DNA of 64,000 bases, taken from contig OZ024745.1 in assembly GCA_964016885.1 (NCBI GenBank), positions 113,584,001 to 113,648,000 of the forward strand, read 5' to 3'. Shown here piece by piece: positions 39,411 through 53,090 of this stretch. Source of the stretch: Eledone cirrhosa. Lineage: Eukaryota. The position numbers were made by a program, and so were the translations under genes. Within the stretch, counting starts at the first letter, position 1. Every line of letters starts with the position of its first letter. The notes beneath the pieces are model-generated. The model was not told the DNA's origin. It saw nothing but the letters and a program-made list of their open reading frames with translations, and searched no databases.

Positions 39411-40483
39411 TATTTATGAATAGTTTTAAGCATGACAAACTTCCTTGTCTTCACAGCTTGTCTCCAACTAAATAACGAAGCTATTCAGTAAAATTACAGT
39501 AAAACTAATCAACCATCAATCGAAGTGTTAATAACTGAACTCTGAATAATGGATGAACCCGCTCAGCAAGTTTGAATGTTGATATACTACAAAATATAAT
39601 ATGTAAAGTTCGACACTATCCACGCTCAAAGGAAATGAAAACATGAACACCTCTCTGAGTATGTAAACTGCCAGTGTTTCTAGCCGACGAAAAGCTTTCA
39701 CTTCACATACGCCTCTAGTTTAGGTATACTATTAAGAAGGCTGTTAAGAAGTTCATTTGAAATTACGTTTTTCTGTATCCGATCACATTACGCGGCATCT
39801 TCACAAACCTATGTTTTATGAATATAATTGGGTAAACAAAATGGTGCTCATCGAATGAAATGCACCTACTCTTGGCTGGTAGATATATCTTCTGGAATTT
39901 ATATTTAAAACATTCCATGAATAATTCAAATACGTTGCTGTTTCTGTGAATTAATAAGACTTGGCAATACATAATTCGTGTAACAAAGGGAAAATGTTTT
40001 GTTTTTGTTTCATGTTTTTCAGGAAATAATATTGCATTATAGAATCCATTTGTTCTGTTTTAAATAAATTTGCTTTCATTAAATTCCATTTTAGAATCGT
40101 AAATGAAGTCAAAAGTATTTTAGCTCCAACAGCATGACATGTCATTTGCTATTGTTATTGACATTGTTGTTAACGTTGCTGTTGTTATTGCTGCTAAAAT
40201 GGTTGCTGTTTCTACATATTATTTTTTCATCGTGGTGAAAAGTTCCAGAACTGATGTTCGTGTGAAGCAGCCATTACAAAAAGAAAAAAAAATCCCCAAT
40301 CTTATTTTATTCTCGATTGCAGCCATTTGACCTGACGTCAAGTGGCTGTAATGATTATTAGAAAGATATGATTATATCACAATATCCATTTTCAACAGTA
40401 AATCTAAAACATATTACTCTAATGTAAAAAAAACAAAAACATATACGACTGATATTGGAAATGACAATGCTGGCGTTCAATAT

Positions 40484-43010
40484 TATTAATATTATTATTA
40501 TTATAGTTGCATTTATCTTGCTTTATGTTCATACGAGTTATCACCAAGTCACAACCAGTGACCTCAAGAGACAACAAGGTCCGCCATGTTCAAGAAAGAA
40601 CATACATACTCACACATGCATCTTTAGTGTTTAGACTTGTGATGTACTTATATTGACAGAATCTTCCTTAGTATATGGGCAGTTCCCATTAGTACTATCT
40701 TTTGTATTTCTCCTATACGTGGGTTTCCTGGGATTTGCGATAAGTAATCATTAGACCCCTTAGGTATCATTCCCAGAGCGCCTACAACCACTGGTATTGT
40801 TTTAGTTCTCAATTTCCACATTTTTCCAATTTCTATCTCCAGGTCCTTATACTTGCTCAATTTTTCAAATGTTTTTATAGATACATTCTTATCTATTGGA
40901 ACAGACATATCAATTAGCAGGCATACCCTCTTTTTAAAGTCCTTCAATATTATATAAGGTCTATTTGCATCTATTTTTCGGTCTGTTTGGATGCTAAAGT
41001 TCCACAAGATTGAGATGTGATCTTTTTCAAGTATGGGAGGTGGTTGATGCTCCCACCAATTCTTTTGATGGGGCAGGTCAAAATGTTTACACATTATCCA
41101 ATGTATGTATTGTGCAGCTCTGTCATGCCTGTTTAGGTATTCGGTTGGAGCTATAGGACTGCACATTGAAATTATATGGTCAATGGTCTCTGGTTGTTTT
41201 TTGCATACACGGCATAATGGGCTGCATCCATTTTTTATTATGTTGGCTTGGTAATTTTTTGTTGGCAGACACTGATCTTGTGCTGATATAATCAGTCCTT
41301 CAGTCTCCGATTTCAGTCCAGAGGATGCCAACCACCGATGGGTTAAAGTTTTGTCAACATCAGGATTGTTAGCTCGCTCTGGGTATTTTCCATACAGAGG
41401 CTTTTCTTGCCATTTCTTAGCCAGTTTCTGTAGCAGTTCTTTCTTTGCAGTTACTTTTACCTGCTTTGCTTTTTCTGTGTTTTCCATTTCAGCAGTAAAT
41501 GGGACTTCTGAAATTTGTATTCCATTACTGTATCTTTGTGCATCTTTTGTAATGGAATATGATCTGTTGATGCTTTCGTGTTTCCAAACGAGTTTGATCA
41601 TCCAATCATGTGATTCCCTTAGATATGTAGATAATCCAATTGTTGCAGTTTTCAACGCAATGTCTAACTGGATTAACCCACGTCCTCCTTCTTTCCTAGG
41701 GAGATATTCTATCTATATCTGCCTTAGGGTGATGCATTCTGTGCACGGTTAAGAATTTTCGAATTTTTGTATCGAGCCTACGGATCTCTGTGCTTGACCA
41801 GTTGATGACATTGTAACTGTAGGTTACTACTGGTATGGCAAGCGTGTTTATGGTATCGATCCTATTCCTTGCATTCAATTCCGTTCTTAAGATTGCTCTT
41901 ACTCTGCGGTAACATTCCTTCCTTATCCTTTCCCTCATTGTCGAGTGCTTGATTCCGTCTCCTTCACAAACACCTAGATATTTGTAAGTTTTTTCTTGAT
42001 CAAGTTCTCTTATCACGTTCCCCCGATCAAGATTAATGTCTGAACTCTTCAGCAGCTTTCCTCTGGTGAACGTTGCTTTGGCGCATTTATCTAGTCCAAA
42101 CTCCATTTTAATGTCATCACTGAACTGCTCCACAGTGGATAATAGACCTTGCAATTGTTCATCATTTTTTGCAAATAGTTTCAGGTCATCCATGTAGAAC
42201 AAGTGATTAATGGTTTTGTCATAGACTTTATATCCATGTTTTGTTTCATTGAGCATTTTACTTAATGGTATAAGTGCGATGCAGAATAAAAGCGGTGATA
42301 AAGAGTCACCCTGAAAAATTCCACAATTAATATTAACTTCTCCAGCTTCCAGTGATTTTGTTTCACTTTTCAAAAGGAGGGTTGTTTTCCATGTCTTCAT
42401 ACTGAATGACAAAAACCTCCTGACAACGGGGGATATTTTGAAAATCTCTAAACATTTTTCAATCCAACTGTGTGGCAAACTATCGAATGCTTTTTTATAA
42501 TCTATCCAAGCAATCGATAGATTTTTGTGTCTATTATGACAATCTTCCAGTATCATTTTGTTAACCAAAAGCTGATACTTACAGCCATATGAGCCTCGTT
42601 TACACCCTTTCTGCTCAATGGGAAATAGGTCATTTGTTATCAGGTGGTCATATGTGTATTCAGTTAGGACTGATGTTAAAATTTTATACATTGTAGTCAA
42701 GCAAGTTATCGGTCTGTAATTTTTGGGATTGTTTGTCTCATCATTCTTCGGAAGCAGGAATGTAATGCCGTTAACTAGCCATGATGGTATCTTTTCTGGC
42801 CCCTTAACTATTTCATTGTAAAGTTGGGCTAACAGCTCATGAGACTCTGTGAAGGCATTTATCCAAAAGTTTTGTATTTTGTCTTTTCCTGGGGATTTCC
42901 ATTTGCTGGTTTTTCTTAGAGCCAAGCGCAACTGTTCAACTGTTATATTTTCCCATATTTGTTCCTCAAGGTGAGCTGTATCTTTCATTTGTCTGTCTAT
43001 CCATGGGGCA
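40484..43010 (-). mobile_element. 5'-truncated R4/Dong-like RLE LINE, young (one frameshift)
   Basis: ORF 42988-41696 is RT (KWKSPGKD, NYRPITCL, WIDYKKAFDS, GIFQGDSLSPLLF, FYMDDLKL). ORF 41655-40648 has the CRVC..ETIDHIISMC..RHD knuckle and RLE domain. (TAA)n-type tracts at both ends. Confidence 0.93.
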
Positions 43011-43024
43011 TGTATGTTATGAAC

Positions 43025-43077
<53 letters not shown>

Positions 43078-43079
<2 letters not shown>

Positions 43080-46000
43080 GGCGACCTACGTAGGAAATCG
43101 TATTATCGTGAGCTCCACAAAGGTTTGTTGTTTTCGTTTGTTTAAAATTGCCATTTATGGAAAACTTTTGTTTTTAAGTGTTTATAAGGTCACAAAATTT
43201 GCTTTCAGAAAAGGACACTCAAAAAGATTGGGCCACACCTTCCTCACAAACTAACACCTCACACCGACACCACCATTGTAAATATTACTACGTTTGCCAA
43301 CACTAAAAATATAAGCAGTAGCAATAATTTAAATTTATCTCATGCAGACATTCATTTTCCGACATTACCAATGACTGCAGGTGTTGAAGCCGCCACCCCC
43401 ACCACCACCACAGCGACAACAGAAACAAAAAAAATTAATATCTCGTGACATCGAAATAGATTCACCCAAAATCGACTCTTCCACACCGAACACCACAACT
43501 GAAACTAAAAATAACAATAACAAAAATAACAATAACAACAACAGCAACAACAACAATGAGAATAACCACACCGTGTCCTTTGCCGAAGCAGCCAAAATAT
43601 GCGAAGCAATACAGGTAACTCAGGAGGAATTAGATGAAGCCAAAAGAATGGTAAAGAAAGATGGGTACAGGGTCATCTTCACCCCCACCTAATAAAATGG
43701 AGCATCGGCGCCTATTAAACGTGTCTTATCGCATGATTAACGGCAACAAAGCCACGATCCGGTCTTTGGTGGACCACGACGGGCGCATGCTACTCGATCC
43801 CGGGCAAATGTGTGAAGCTTTTCAGCGACACTTCGCTCAGCTCTTCGGGGACAGCGGCGGCCCGGGTCGAGGGATGGACTTTAGTGTCTACCTCGACGGA
43901 CTGCCGTGGCTCTCGGCCACTGAGGCGGAGTATTGCGAAAAGCCGATAACAGCCGCTGAAGTACGGGAGGCAATGAATGGCTGCACAAGGGGTAAATCGC
44001 CTGGTTTGGATGGTCTGCTCTATGAACTTTACGTACAGATGCCAGACTTGTTCGGAGGCCTCTTGGCGGACGTCTACTGCAACTGGCAAGAGAACGGGAG
44101 AATTCCCAGCTCTGTGAGCCGAGGAGCTGTGGCGCTGCTGAGAAAGGATCCGAACAAGGGGGATAACATAGATAATTTCAGGCCCATAACTCTGCTAAAC
44201 ACAGAGTTCAGGATTTTGGCCAAGGTGCTAGCAAAGAGGTTGGCGCTTGTCGTTTGTGGTCTGGTGGGAGAGGCGCAGACATGTGCCATTCCCAACAGAT
44301 CCATCCACGACAACCTCCACCTCATGCGATACATTGTGGAGAGGGTAGCTAGGGAACCTGGCATGGGTGGGTCCTTGATCAATTTAGATCAGTCGAAAGC
44401 TTTCGATTCGGTCGACCATCGTTACCTAGCGGCAGTCCTGAGGGCGGCTGGCTTTGGGCCCGTCTTCAGAGGCTGGATCGCTGCCATGCACAGCGACATC
44501 TGCTCTGTGGTGAGAGTGAACGGTCACCTTTCGGAACCGTTCAACATCATGCGCTCGGTCCGCCAAGGATGTCCCCTCTCGTCCCTCTTGTACGTATTGA
44601 CTCTCGAGCCATTACTGCACAAACTGGAGACGTTGAGGGGAATCCCGCGCGAACTAGGATGCGGAAGATCCGTGTCAGCATATGCGGACAATGTCACCGT
44701 AGTGGTGTCGAACGCCAAACACATCGAGGCGATCGGCACTACACTAAGAGAATACGAAGCGGTGACAGGGGCAATGATCCATCTGGAAAAATCAGTGGGT
44801 CTGCAGCCAGGCACCTGGAGAGGCAGGTCCATGCCGTCGAACAGCGTCGTCGGGCGCTGGACGGACGGTCCGGTTAAATTGCTAGTGGTCTGGTTCGGTC
44901 CGGACCTCCAGACGGACAAAAACTGGGACGAGGTGACGAGCAGGGTGGCTTTTCTACCCAGAAATGGGCGGAGAGGAAGCTATATCTGAAAGGTCGAGCG
45001 GAGGTGGCTAACGCGTACATCGCGTCCGTCATCTACTACCGCCTGACCGTCGTACCTTGTCCTAACCCACGCCTGACTGCGCTGGAGCGTTTGCCCTTTT
45101 GCTTTTTGTGGAAGGGACGCGCTCCGATGGTCAGGCGGTCCATCTGCTGTCAACATCCGCTACGTGGAGGGTTTGGCATGCCGTGGCTGATGATGCGCAG
45201 ACATGCGCTCAGGCTACGACATCTCCACCTCTTCCTCGACAGTGATCAGGTGTGGTCGCCATTTGCTAGACGCATCTTTCCCCAGCTCGTCTCCTTGACG
45301 GAACTGCAGTCCTGGGTCAAGCGAAGACCGAGAGGGAGCGCTTGGAGACTGGCGCTCACAGCCCTCGAACAATCGGGCAATGTGATCGGTGGAAACTCCA
45401 CCTTGGCGTTCTATAGAGGATTGGTGGAGGGGAAGAGCGACGGCGTACTTGGGGAAACTCTAGGCGTCGACGAAAATCAACTAGCCAATCTCTTCGGAAG
45501 AACTTTCGGGCCAGGGCCTATGGACAACTTCCAGAAATCCCTAGCCTGGCAGTGCTACCGAGGAGCTTTGCCAGTTCGGGATAAACTCTACAGGCATGGA
45601 GGTGCTGTCAGCCGGGCATGTCCGAAATGCGTGCAGGGCGACGAAACCGTCCTGCACGCACTCGTCCAATGTCCGAGTATTGCTGACTTGTGGGTTTATG
45701 TCGAACACCTGCTGTCGCGTGTAGGACGGATCCAGCTATCAGCTGAGTTCATCGTGAGGATTTCCCCACCCTCTTCCTTTAGCCGGGAAGTTTTTATCTG
45801 TCTGGTGGCCATGGCGAAAGAGATAGTATGGTGGATACGTTTGAAAGGGCTGAAGACGAGCACTTACCTCTTCGGTGATGCCCTGATTAACTTTTTCAAA
45901 TTTCATTTGAAAAGGAAAATCAGGGTAGAGAGGGAAGTGCTCTCTTCCCAGCATTTTGTTGAAAGATGGGTGAGAGAAACAAGTATGGCCCGAGTGAATG

Positions 46001-46265
46001 GGCCTACACTGAGTATGTGTCTGTAAATTAAAGGTTGGAAAACTTCGAGAGGGCACTTGCCCTGGTGGTCAGGGTCACTGTGGCCTTTTAATGGGCTTTC
46101 TCCACAAATGTCCCTCGGAGGTCTGGGGAATTTTTCATTGTTATTTTTTGTTACATCCTGTTTTTGTTTTTTACACGCAGAAATGCCCATTTGTACCGTC
46201 CTGTATTTCCTGTACTGTCCTTAATTTCTACTTTATGTAAACCCTTGTGGTTAATAAAGAAAACA
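43078..46265 (+). mobile_element. Tx1-like LINE with large internal deletion (most of ORF1 and the whole APE lost)
   Basis: 5'UTR plus ORF1 start, joined near 43735 to the middle of ORF2 (GNKATIRSL.., GKSPGLDGL, NFRPITLLN, LDQSKAFD, RQGCPLS, AYADN, CPKC..ETVLHAL..C). Ends CCCTTGTGGTTAATAAAGAAAAC then (ATT)n. Confidence 0.9.
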
Positions 46266-46287
46266 TTATTATTATTATTATTATTAT

Positions 46288-46350
<63 letters not shown>

Positions 46351-46662
46351 AAGTAGTGTCTATTGAAGCTGTTCCGGCTTCTGCAGTTGCAACTGCAGCT
46401 GATAATAGCGGCTTACTGACTGTTATTGCTTGCTAAGGCCTAAAAATTGGTGCTAATTCAGCGAGTGTAATGCTATTTGCAGTCGAATCTACCATTGCCT
46501 TTTTGTCTTCTTCTGGTTGCTAAGTGACAACGACTGTCTACTTTCTTTTCCTTCTTCTGGCTTTCGGTTTCTTTCTATTTTCTTGTGTATACATGTGACT
46601 GAGTGCCACACGCATTCACACTTTCTCTGATGCACAATCTCAAAATATGCATATGCATATGC

Positions 46663-46715
<53 letters not shown>

Positions 46716-47571
46716 TATTGCAGAGTCATTGAGACGTCAGTTAGAATGCTTTACGGCATTCCTACCACCATATTGCGTGCTCTTAGTTCAAATCCCGCCT
46801 TGGTCAACTTTGCCTTTCATCCAGTACTGGGGTCAATTCTTCCGCTATAGAAATATCAGTTGTGTTCAGACCTGAAGAGGGTTGGGCTCCGCCAGGTTTA
46901 ACAGTGTCCTAGACACGCCGTATGACGGTGCCTCTATGAATCTACAGGGAGTTATAGGAGCTTTTCTTTTCATATATATATATATGTATGTGCGTGTGTG
47001 TGTCTGTGTGTGTCTCTATATATGTGTGTGTGTGTGTGTGCGTGCGTTATTTATGTTCATATGTATGTATGTCACCAATTTATTGCCTCTTCATAACCAG
47101 GTCAACTTTACATTTCTCTCTTCTTAAATCAAAAATATGTACCGGACAAAGTAGATTGGTGAATATAACTGACCAAATACCTTTTGTTGGCTAAAGATAA
47201 AAATAAAGGAATAGAAAGAAGAATGCTGGTAGACAGAGGCATATGTCTGATGTGCACACACTGTGTATTGGCAGAATATCGGTTAGAATGCTTTACGGTG
47301 TTCGTCCCAGCACATTGCTTGTTCAAGATATTTTACAGGTTGGTGTGGCTGACCGTAGCCTAAAGTGCACCAAACTCTATAATCAGACAAGCGATTACAA
47401 TACTCTTAGCAGATTTTGCAGCCATCATTTTCTCAGCTTTCTTTATCTTTTTTTTTGATAAAGGACTAATGTCGAGACAATATGTCACTTTTACTACTAC
47501 AAAAAACGTTAAACTAATATATTTCTTCATTGCACTGTATTGTTTGCTGTGTTTTTCCCATTTTCTTTTCT

Positions 47572-47624
<53 letters not shown>

Positions 47625-47689
47625 ATGTATGTATGTATGTATGTATGTATGTATGTATGTATGTATGTATGTACGTGCGATTAAATGAA

Positions 47690-47727
<38 letters not shown>

Positions 47728-47736
47728 TTGAATGAA

Positions 47737-47786
<50 letters not shown>

Positions 47787-48080
47787 TTCATTTAATCGCA
47801 GGTACATACATACATACATACATACATGCATACATACATACATACATACATACATACATACATACATACATACATACATACATACATACATACATACATA
47901 CATACATACATGCTTGCATGCATACCTAATACATACATGCATGCATCCATCCATATATATGCATGCTTGCAATACATACGTGTATTCCTACATACATACG
48001 TATGTCCATACATACATGCGTACATACATACATACATACATACATACATACATACATACATACATACATACATACATACA

Positions 48081-48112
<32 letters not shown>
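47572..48112. repeat. (TA)n/(ATGT)n/(CATA)n compound microsatellite with internal inverted symmetry
   Basis: Directly visible. Confidence 0.95.
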
Positions 48113-48114
<2 letters not shown>

Positions 48115-48599
48115 GTCAACACGATCAGTCGCATATTTTGGCGTGGGAGACTATTTATTAAATTTAAGATGAATACTATCTCCGACAGTAATGCCACAAC
48201 TACAGTCATGTTGAATAACTGGTTATTCTTCTAACTATATCTTCTGAAGACACCTTTTATTCGAATTCGTAGAGATATCCGACTAAATACATAATTCATT
48301 TTAAGGATTTGCTACAAACAGCTGAACACATCAACAACAAAATTAAGGAAGTATCGAAGACAACCAACAAGAAAGGTAAACAAACTTTATTCAGTTGTAG
48401 CTACAGAAGAGACCGAAATTATAAATTACATTTCTCTTGGAGTTGCGAACTTAATAATGATTTATTTAATTGGTATAATATGGCAAAAAACAATCCCTCC
48501 ATTGGCTATATGAACAGAATGAAGCTACACTGGGACGAAATGCACCCAGAGCTAAATTATTTCACAGCGAAACAATTAAGCCAACAAGCGACGTTTGTT

Positions 48600-49430
48600 G
48601 AACGTAAAAATAAGATGCAGTGTGGCTAAGAGAAATCCGAAAGAACTATTGCTCCTACACAACAACAAAAACATACGAAATAAGTGAGGGTACCCTTGAG
48701 ACTGTGATAGGAAAACTCAAAGATAAGAAAACACCAGGAAGAGACATGATTGTCGGCTACTGGTACAAAAAAATTATTCTATCGGAGGTATCTTACTGAC
48801 CTCTACCAACAAGTTCTTAAGGGAGATACACTTATACTAGAATGGTTGACATTAGCACAAACATTACTGGTCCCCAAAGACAAAAACACCCACTTGGCAA
48901 AAATCTACCGACCCACTGCATGCCAGAACCTGATGTATAAGATGTATACAGCCTGCCGGAATCTATTCCTCCAAGATCACTGTGAAAATAATAACATCAT
49001 CACAGATGAACAAGCAGCTGGAAAGAAAGGGGTTAGGGGATGTGCTGAACAACTCCTAATCAACAAAATTGCGATGTAGGTGCGACAACTTAGGAGGAAT
49101 ATGGCTACAGTCTGGCTGGACTACAGGAAAGCTTTCGATTTTGTTGATTCTTGGATGATAGAGGCCCTCCAGCTTGCTAAAGTCCCAGACATTATTGTCA
49201 GATCCATAGAGAGGCTGTCTTCTTCTTGGGCTACTATCCTAAGGTCAAAGACAGAGAGGGAGGACTCTATTTCCACTGATAAAATTAAATATTGCAGGGG
49301 TATATTTCAGGGGGACAGTCTATCTGTGATATTATTCATCTTGTCATTAAACCCCTTGTCCTTTCTGCTCAAGAAGTGTGAGGGATACATCATTGCCTCA
49401 CAGGAGGACAGAAATACGAATCTAACACAT
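48600..49430 (+). mobile_element. R4/Dong-like RT fragment
   Basis: KTPGRD, IYRPTAC, EQAAGKKG..GCAEQLLINK, WLDYRKAFD, GIFQGDSLS, with stops and frameshifts. Confidence 0.8.
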
Positions 49431-49713
49431 AACATTCCAAAAAGTTTGCATATACACATGTACAGATACAAAGCATATACACATGCACACATACAACTCA
49501 AAACATACACATCCACACATACAATAACATCCATATCTACACATGCAGACATGCAGACATAATTTACCTAGTTGATGTGTAAATTCCAATGAGAGAGTCT
49601 TGTGTCTGTGTTAGAAACCGACTCTCTCTCTATTGGGAAAAAATTTGTGAAATTATAAAACCAGAACATACATACATACATACATACATACATACATACA
49701 TACATACTTACAT

Positions 49714-49956
49714 TATGGCTGCCAACTCGTTTTCGAGTACGGCCACTACTTTATATCCATGTAGGAGAACCCCTACCGATGCGCTGAACGAGTGTGACTT
49801 TTTAGTCCAGCCAGCGACTTGAAAACTCTGGTACAAACACTACACTTGTGACAATTATTAACACATAGTGCTGGGCCCATGGTACCATGTGACGACAAGT
49901 GCAGAGAGATCTCCAGATATAAAGCAATCCCTGTGCCGTGAAGCTTTTATAGTGAG
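49714..49956 (-). mobile_element. Truncated copy of the 9667 element embedded in (CATA)n
   Basis: Near-identical to 9667-9910 and flanked on both sides by (CATA)n. Confidence 0.7.
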
Positions 49957-50030
49957 TATACATACATACATACATACATACATACATACATACATACATA
50001 CATACATACATACATACATACATACATACA

Positions 50031-50062
<32 letters not shown>

Positions 50063-50559
50063 GGGGATTATGTCAATAGAAAATATCAAACCCAGCCGCG
50101 CTGAATCAGACACTGTACATTAAGATTATGTGTAAGAGAGACAATAAGCTCACCATACATTGATTACATTTCATAATAAAATTGTACTCAGATTCTATCC
50201 TACTATCGTTGGCGGACAATTAATACATCTAAGTCTTATCTGATAATGCTGTTACCAAGATCGAAATCAAAGGACCTTCATTCACAAGATTGCCTCTAGT
50301 TCACGAGACGCAATAAAGAGGAGGAAATATAGTATTATTACTGTAAAAAGAATCCCGTTTCACAAAAAAAGAAAATTAAAAACTTTTCGATCTTATATTT
50401 AGAATGAAAAGAAATATTCCGACTTCACTGTATCATGAATATAATCATGAAGAAATTCAGAGCTACTATCGACTACAAAACTCTGCATGGGTATGTAGAG
50501 CTGCATAATTAGAACACCATGGGAAGAGAATTAATTAATGGGTAGAGATGTAGGTATAA

Positions 50560-52010
50560 CATGTGAAAGTTCGACTGAATGCACTTATATGTGTATTAAA
50601 TCAACTAGAAAAGCTAAATTGACACATCACTAGCGTTTCATGGGTCAGATGAATCTAGTAAATAACACTGACTTGGTAGAAAATTATAGGTCTCTACTTT
50701 ACCTAAAGATTATGTATACGCTTTACACTCACTCTTTTAATCATTTTCTTCAAGAACATTGCGAGTACAGAATAGTAATTAATGAGCAGACATCTGGAAA
50801 GAATAAAATATTAGTTTATATTAAATAACTGTTTCTACTTTTGGCACAAGGCCAGCAATTATCCCAGTGTATTACCTGTACTTTATTGTATCGACCCCTT
50901 GAGGATGAAAGGCAAAGTTAACCTCGCCGAGTTTTGAACTCAGCTGTGCTGCAAAGCATGGCGTCCGACCCTCTACCGATACTACCAATCCACCGCCCTA
51001 GTTTATATTAAATAACATTTGGTTAATATATCTGTGTTGCTGAAAGTAAAAAAAAAAAATACAAGAAGACTTGAGATAGTACGGTTTCATTACAAAAAAT
51101 GTTTGATTCACTGCATTTGACAAAATTTACTTCTGCCATATTTGCTGCTACAGAAAAGCCAACAAATGCATGGTAAACCATCTTCACAGCTGTGACTGAA
51201 AGCATATCGATTGTCTTTGAAGGTGTAAATCTTTCGAAGGAAATATTAAAGGAAAACAGTCTGCTTGTGCTTTTATTTACTTTCGTAATAAATCGTGTAC
51301 CCTGCAATCTTATTTAAGAACAGCTCACTGTTTATATGCTCGGATAAACACTATTTACACTAGAATTATCTAACATGCTGTAAAACATCTAGATATACAT
51401 TTACGACTAAGAAATCGATGTCATTTTATGAAAATGAATGTCCATGCTTATTAATTGAACCCGAGGATTTCACTTTCCAAACCTTAAATTAATATCAAAC
51501 CCCATTTCCATTCAAGAAAAGCTAATATCCATGTGTTTATAAAAATATTTCAAATAAAGATGGTATGAACAAATATTCACACGAGCTAATAAGATTTTGT
51601 TTCATGTGATGCCAAACCTGCTTCATGAACATACATCAACAAAAGCTTTCAGGAGTACAATTCTGCATGCAAATAAACATTTATACATTTGTACGTGTAT
51701 ATTTCATGGATACATGAAAATGGTACCAACATCATGTGTAGATACTCTTGGACTCTTGACCGTCAAGCTACTGAACACTTTGGTGTTTATCCTTTAGGAA
51801 TACAAGTACAAAAGGTAGCTGCTAAATATTTGTTTAAAAAAAGGAGACGATGATATCTCGAGGAAGCAAGCAAAAATAATGTTTACGTCACATATTTGTA
51901 AAAGGCATTGTACATTGAACATTAAATCCGCAACTGCATAAATGTGCTATCAAAATATTCTTCTGGGGGAAATCTATATATGTCATCTGCAGGAAGAACT
52001 GTCTTGTGAC
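50560..52010 (+). mobile_element. Very decayed R4/Dong-like RT remnant split by a SINE
   Basis: NYRSLLYLKIMYTLY..FLQEHC...INEQTSGK resembles MYKMYTAC..FLQDHC...DEQAAGK of the 48.9 kb copy. Extent approximate. Confidence 0.45.
50826..50998 (-). mobile_element. SINE family A
   Basis: Copy with an internal deletion. 18-bp TSD TAGTTTATATTAAATAAC on both sides. Confidence 0.92.
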
Positions 52011-52679
52011 AAATACAAGAAAAACATATTACTGATGAATATACATTTCCACGAAATGAATATTCTCATATATTAACAATGTCTATATTTTTAACATCCT
52101 TATAAATGTAACATGGTATTTCATTTTGGTGGATAATATCTACTTCTGTCGTCTCTCGAAATGTCACACCGTGACATTTCGCAAGTAAATTAAATTTTGA
52201 GAAACTAATTTTTAATTTCTTTTTTAATTATCTCACCCTTGTTTCTGAGTGTCTAAAATGGCCGCAAGAGTTTCTACTTCTAAATAAATTGCAATTAATT
52301 AAGAATATTTGCCTACGTCCTTAAATATTCGCTTTATATCTTTGATATATTTTAGTTATTTTTCTTGTCATACATTAATTTTAACAATCCCTTGCCTGCA
52401 AACAATTGTAAGATTTTCCTTCCTCTGAACATGTAAATAAATTTAATAATTGAAACTATCTATCTTTTAGAAGACATTCACTAAGTAAAACCTTTAGGGC
52501 TTGATTTTCTTTATGCAACTAAGGGAGTAATTTTAAATAATTAATTTTTTTTTGCGCTCTGCATTCAGTACATCACTCCTTACCGTAATTATGTGAAATA
52601 AAACATCATTATGATATGTAATCAAAGAAAACATTGAATTTAATATAGTTGTTAGCACTGATGTTGATATCGTACCCTG

Positions 52680-53090
52680 TATGTATGAGCGTTGGATTAA
52701 AATACTCTGCAGTATGTATTCCGAATCTCTTATTTATATGCCTCATATATTTCCATTAGTGACTCTGATCCCGATTTCCGTTGTACCATGTATACTTATG
52801 GATATCTGTGTGTTATAAGGTGTCCATAATAGAGAATCCATTACAACAATAGAAGTCTATAAAGGCCTCTCCGATTGTATTTTGATCAAGATTGCCGTTG
52901 CCTCCAATCATCCCATTCCGTATTATGTGGTCAATATCCACATACTCACTGAAGACTCTCATTAAGATATATGGTTCAATCGTAACTACATCTAACGCTG
53001 CATAGGCTTCATAAGGAAAGGATCAGTATCTAGACTCTTTGTTAGGTCATGATATGATATTACTTAACTCGTCGGAAGATATAATATATG
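52680..53090 (-). mobile_element. Decayed AP-endonuclease fragment of an RTE-like LINE
   Basis: GMIGGNGNLDQNTIGEAFIDFYCCNGFSIMDTL*HTDIHKYTWY fits the APE pattern G..N.NG..L..FC..L.I.NT.F.H..IHK.TW. Confidence 0.6.

Noticed and set aside
43700-46030. GC-rich blocks (also 57100-60700) as horizontal transfer or contamination
   Set aside because: Fully explained as Tx1 ORF2 sequence with several related copies of different ages in the window.
46872-46960. CTGAAGA-containing island as a hammerhead (also CTGATGA at ~54665)
   Set aside because: No matching GAAA and stem arrangement found by eye.
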